From: Chiloscyllium plagiosum
Lineage: Eukaryota
Direction: 5' to 3'
NCBI RefSeq assembly: GCF_004010195.1
Contig: NC_057753.1
Location: 1,943,243-2,007,242, forward strand
DNA length: 64,000 nucleotides
Of the stretch, positions 62,022 to 64,000 are shown piece after piece (position 1 is the stretch's first letter; each line of letters starts with the position of its first letter). A program made the translations under genes and the position numbers. The notes under the pieces are model-generated. The model was not told the origin of the DNA. It searched no databases and saw only the letters and a program-made list of their open reading frames with translations.

Positions 62022-63093
62022 GTTGAAAATGTGTTGCTGGAAAAGCGCAGCAGGTCAGGCAGCATACAAGGAACAGGAGAATCGACGTTTCGGGCATAAG
62101 CCCTTCTTCAGGAATTAGGAAAGTGTGTCCAGCAGGCTAAAAGGTAGGGAGGAGGGACTTGGGGGAAGGGCTTTGGAAATACGATAGGTGGAGGGAGGTC
62201 AAGGTGAGGGTGATAGGCCGGAGTGGGGTGGGGGTGGAGAGGTCAGGAAGAAGATTGCAAGTTAGGAAGGCGGTGCTGAGTTCAAGGGATTTGACTGAGA
62301 CAATGTGGGGGGAGGGGAAATGAGGAACCTGGAGAAATCTGAGTTCATCCCTTGTGGTTGGGGGGTTCCCAAGCAGAAGATGAGGCGCTCTTCCTCCAAC
62401 CGTCGTGTTGCCATGGTCTGGCGATGGAGGAGTCCAAGGACCTGCATGTCTTTGGTGGAGTGGGAGGGCGAGTTAAAGTGTTGGGCTACGAGGTGGTTGG
62501 ATTGGTTGGTCCGGGTGTCCCAGAGGTGTTCTCTGAAACGTTCCGCAAGTAGTTGGCCTGTCTCCCCAATATAGAGGAGGCCACATCAGGTGCAGCGGAT
62601 GCAATAGATGATGTGTGTGGAGGTGCAGGTGAATTTGTGGCGGATATGGAAGTGTCCCTTGGGACCTTGGAGGTAAGTAAGGGGGGAAGTGTGTGCGCAA
62701 GTTTTGCATTTCTTGCGGTTGCAGGGGAAGGCGCCGGGAGTGGAGGTTGGGTTGGTGGGGTGTGTGGACCTGACGAGGGAGTCACGGAGGGAGTGGTCTT
62801 TTCGGAATACTGATAGGGGAGGGGAGGGAAATATATCCCTGGTGGTGGGGTCCGTTTGGAGGTGACGGAAATGATGGCGGATGATACGTTGTATACATGA
62901 GGTTGGTGGGTTGGAAGGTAAGGATCAGTGGGGTTCTGTCCTGGTGGCGGTTGGAGGGGCGGGTCTCAAGGGCAGATGAGCGGGAAGTGATAGAGATGCG
63001 GTGGAGGGCATCGTCGACTACGTCTGGCGGGAAATTGCGGTCCTTGAAGAAGGAGGCCATCTGGATGCCTTCCACCGCATCTCTTCCACTTCC
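62022..63093 (-). mobile_element. 5'-truncated Penelope-like retroelement (RT thumb/linker, GIY-YIG endonuclease, 3' pLTR)
   Basis: Minus strand gives MASFFKDRNFPPDVVDDALHR and IIYCIRCT*CGLLYIGETGQLLAERFREH...AQHFN...EERLIFCLGT..PQGMN. The 3' end carries a hammerhead motif and the 5' end a 30-bp inversion. Confidence 0.9.
62080..62115 (-). ncRNA. Minimal hammerhead ribozyme motif in the PLE 3' repeat (intact core)
   Basis: CUGAAGA (62111-62105)-A-GGGC-UUAU-GCCC-GAAA-CGUC^GA, on the same strand as the PLE ORF. Stem I is weak. Confidence 0.75.
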
Positions 63094-64000
63094 ACAATGC
63101 AAGGCACAGAAATTGATAAATTGCAGGATATATTTTGTGTGTAGTGAGTTCCACTTGACTATTGAGGATCTTTGATGGTCTGGATAATTTTTAATAAATT
63201 AAGATATTTTCACCAAAAAAAAAGAACAACATGAAAACATTGCAAAGTTTCCATTGAGTTTATTTGGCAATCTGCTACAGAAAACGTATCTTTAAGTTTA
63301 CTCTACATACAATAGTATTCACATAATGTTCAAAAACGTTTAATTTGTCACCTTCACCGTGAAAAACGAGTCCTTGATATTGAAGTAAAAACATCATTAA
63401 TACTGTTTTAACTGTTGATGGTCAGTTGATGTGAACTGCACACTATGCTGTAAACTGACAGTGACAGTTCTGATCCAAAAGAGTCAGTCCGAGACAGGTG
63501 CACTTCGGATTCTAATGATAGGTTATCTTCTCCAACTGATTCCGAAAGTGAAAGACAAAGGACAAAAGTAAAGTGATTTCGAGGAAGATACTTCAGCTGG
63601 AAGTTACACACTGCTGCCACTGCATATTCACTTCCTAATTTCATTTCATGATGAAATCATCAAAATGATAAAATATTTTGATTAAAATCGAAATTGACAT
63701 GAAAATATTTTAATGTGAAACATGAAACGTTAAGGTGGTTACTTGTGCGCCCATGTAACTTAAGCTGGCAGAAGACATGAAGGAAACATTTAGTGGAAAA
63801 CAATTAGGAGCAAAATTGTTTCAAAAATCTTTGAAGATTTAGCGATTGTGTCGGATTTGGAACCTGAACAACAACCATTTTGACTGTTTCACGAGCGGAA
63901 GAGATGCCTTTGCAGCTCCAGGGTTGTTATTCTTCGGGGTTCACTCCATATTCTCAAGCTGCTATCTTTGCATCGAGGGATCACAGTGCGTGCTCAGCTG

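Larger units (their letters stand above)
48602..63470. repeat. Segmental duplication: upstream flank of copy 2, with copy-specific TE insertions
   Basis: Same anchors as 3035-15260, with extra blocks at 50074-54620, 55257-55478, 56425-56957, 59778-60662 and 62022-63093. Confidence 0.85.

Noticed and set aside
63544..63554. ISRE/IRF-like GAAAGTGAAAG
   Set aside because: A single short motif with no linked gene or conservation evidence in the window.

Overview
This is eukaryotic, AT-rich, repeat-dense DNA from a cartilaginous fish. I infer a shark from the HE1/V-SINE, CR1 and Penelope repeat content. The window holds a decaying tandem array of two-exon, minus-strand class A GPCR genes of the GPR139/GPR142-like type. 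One copy is intact (975-3034, 325 aa after splicing). One copy has two 1-bp frameshifts (46054-48601). There is also a 3' coding remnant (37511-37623) and an orphan upstream block whose gene is gone (~15290-17450). Long flanks are duplicated with the genes (3035-15260 vs 48602-63470; 17915-27900 vs 37700-42740), implying at least four ancestral units. Upstream of both full-length copies, an O/E(EBF)-like motif and a TAATTG homeodomain motif are conserved at identical spacing. This hints, speculatively, at a chemosensory role. The rest is CR1 LINE fragments, tRNA-derived V-SINEs, a TA-flanked MITE, a probable solo LTR and many Penelope-like element (PLE) pieces. The PLE pieces carry minimal hammerhead-ribozyme motifs, fold-back inversions and 8-15 bp target-site duplications (TSDs). 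All alignments were done by eye. Repeat boundaries are approximate unless a TSD is given.
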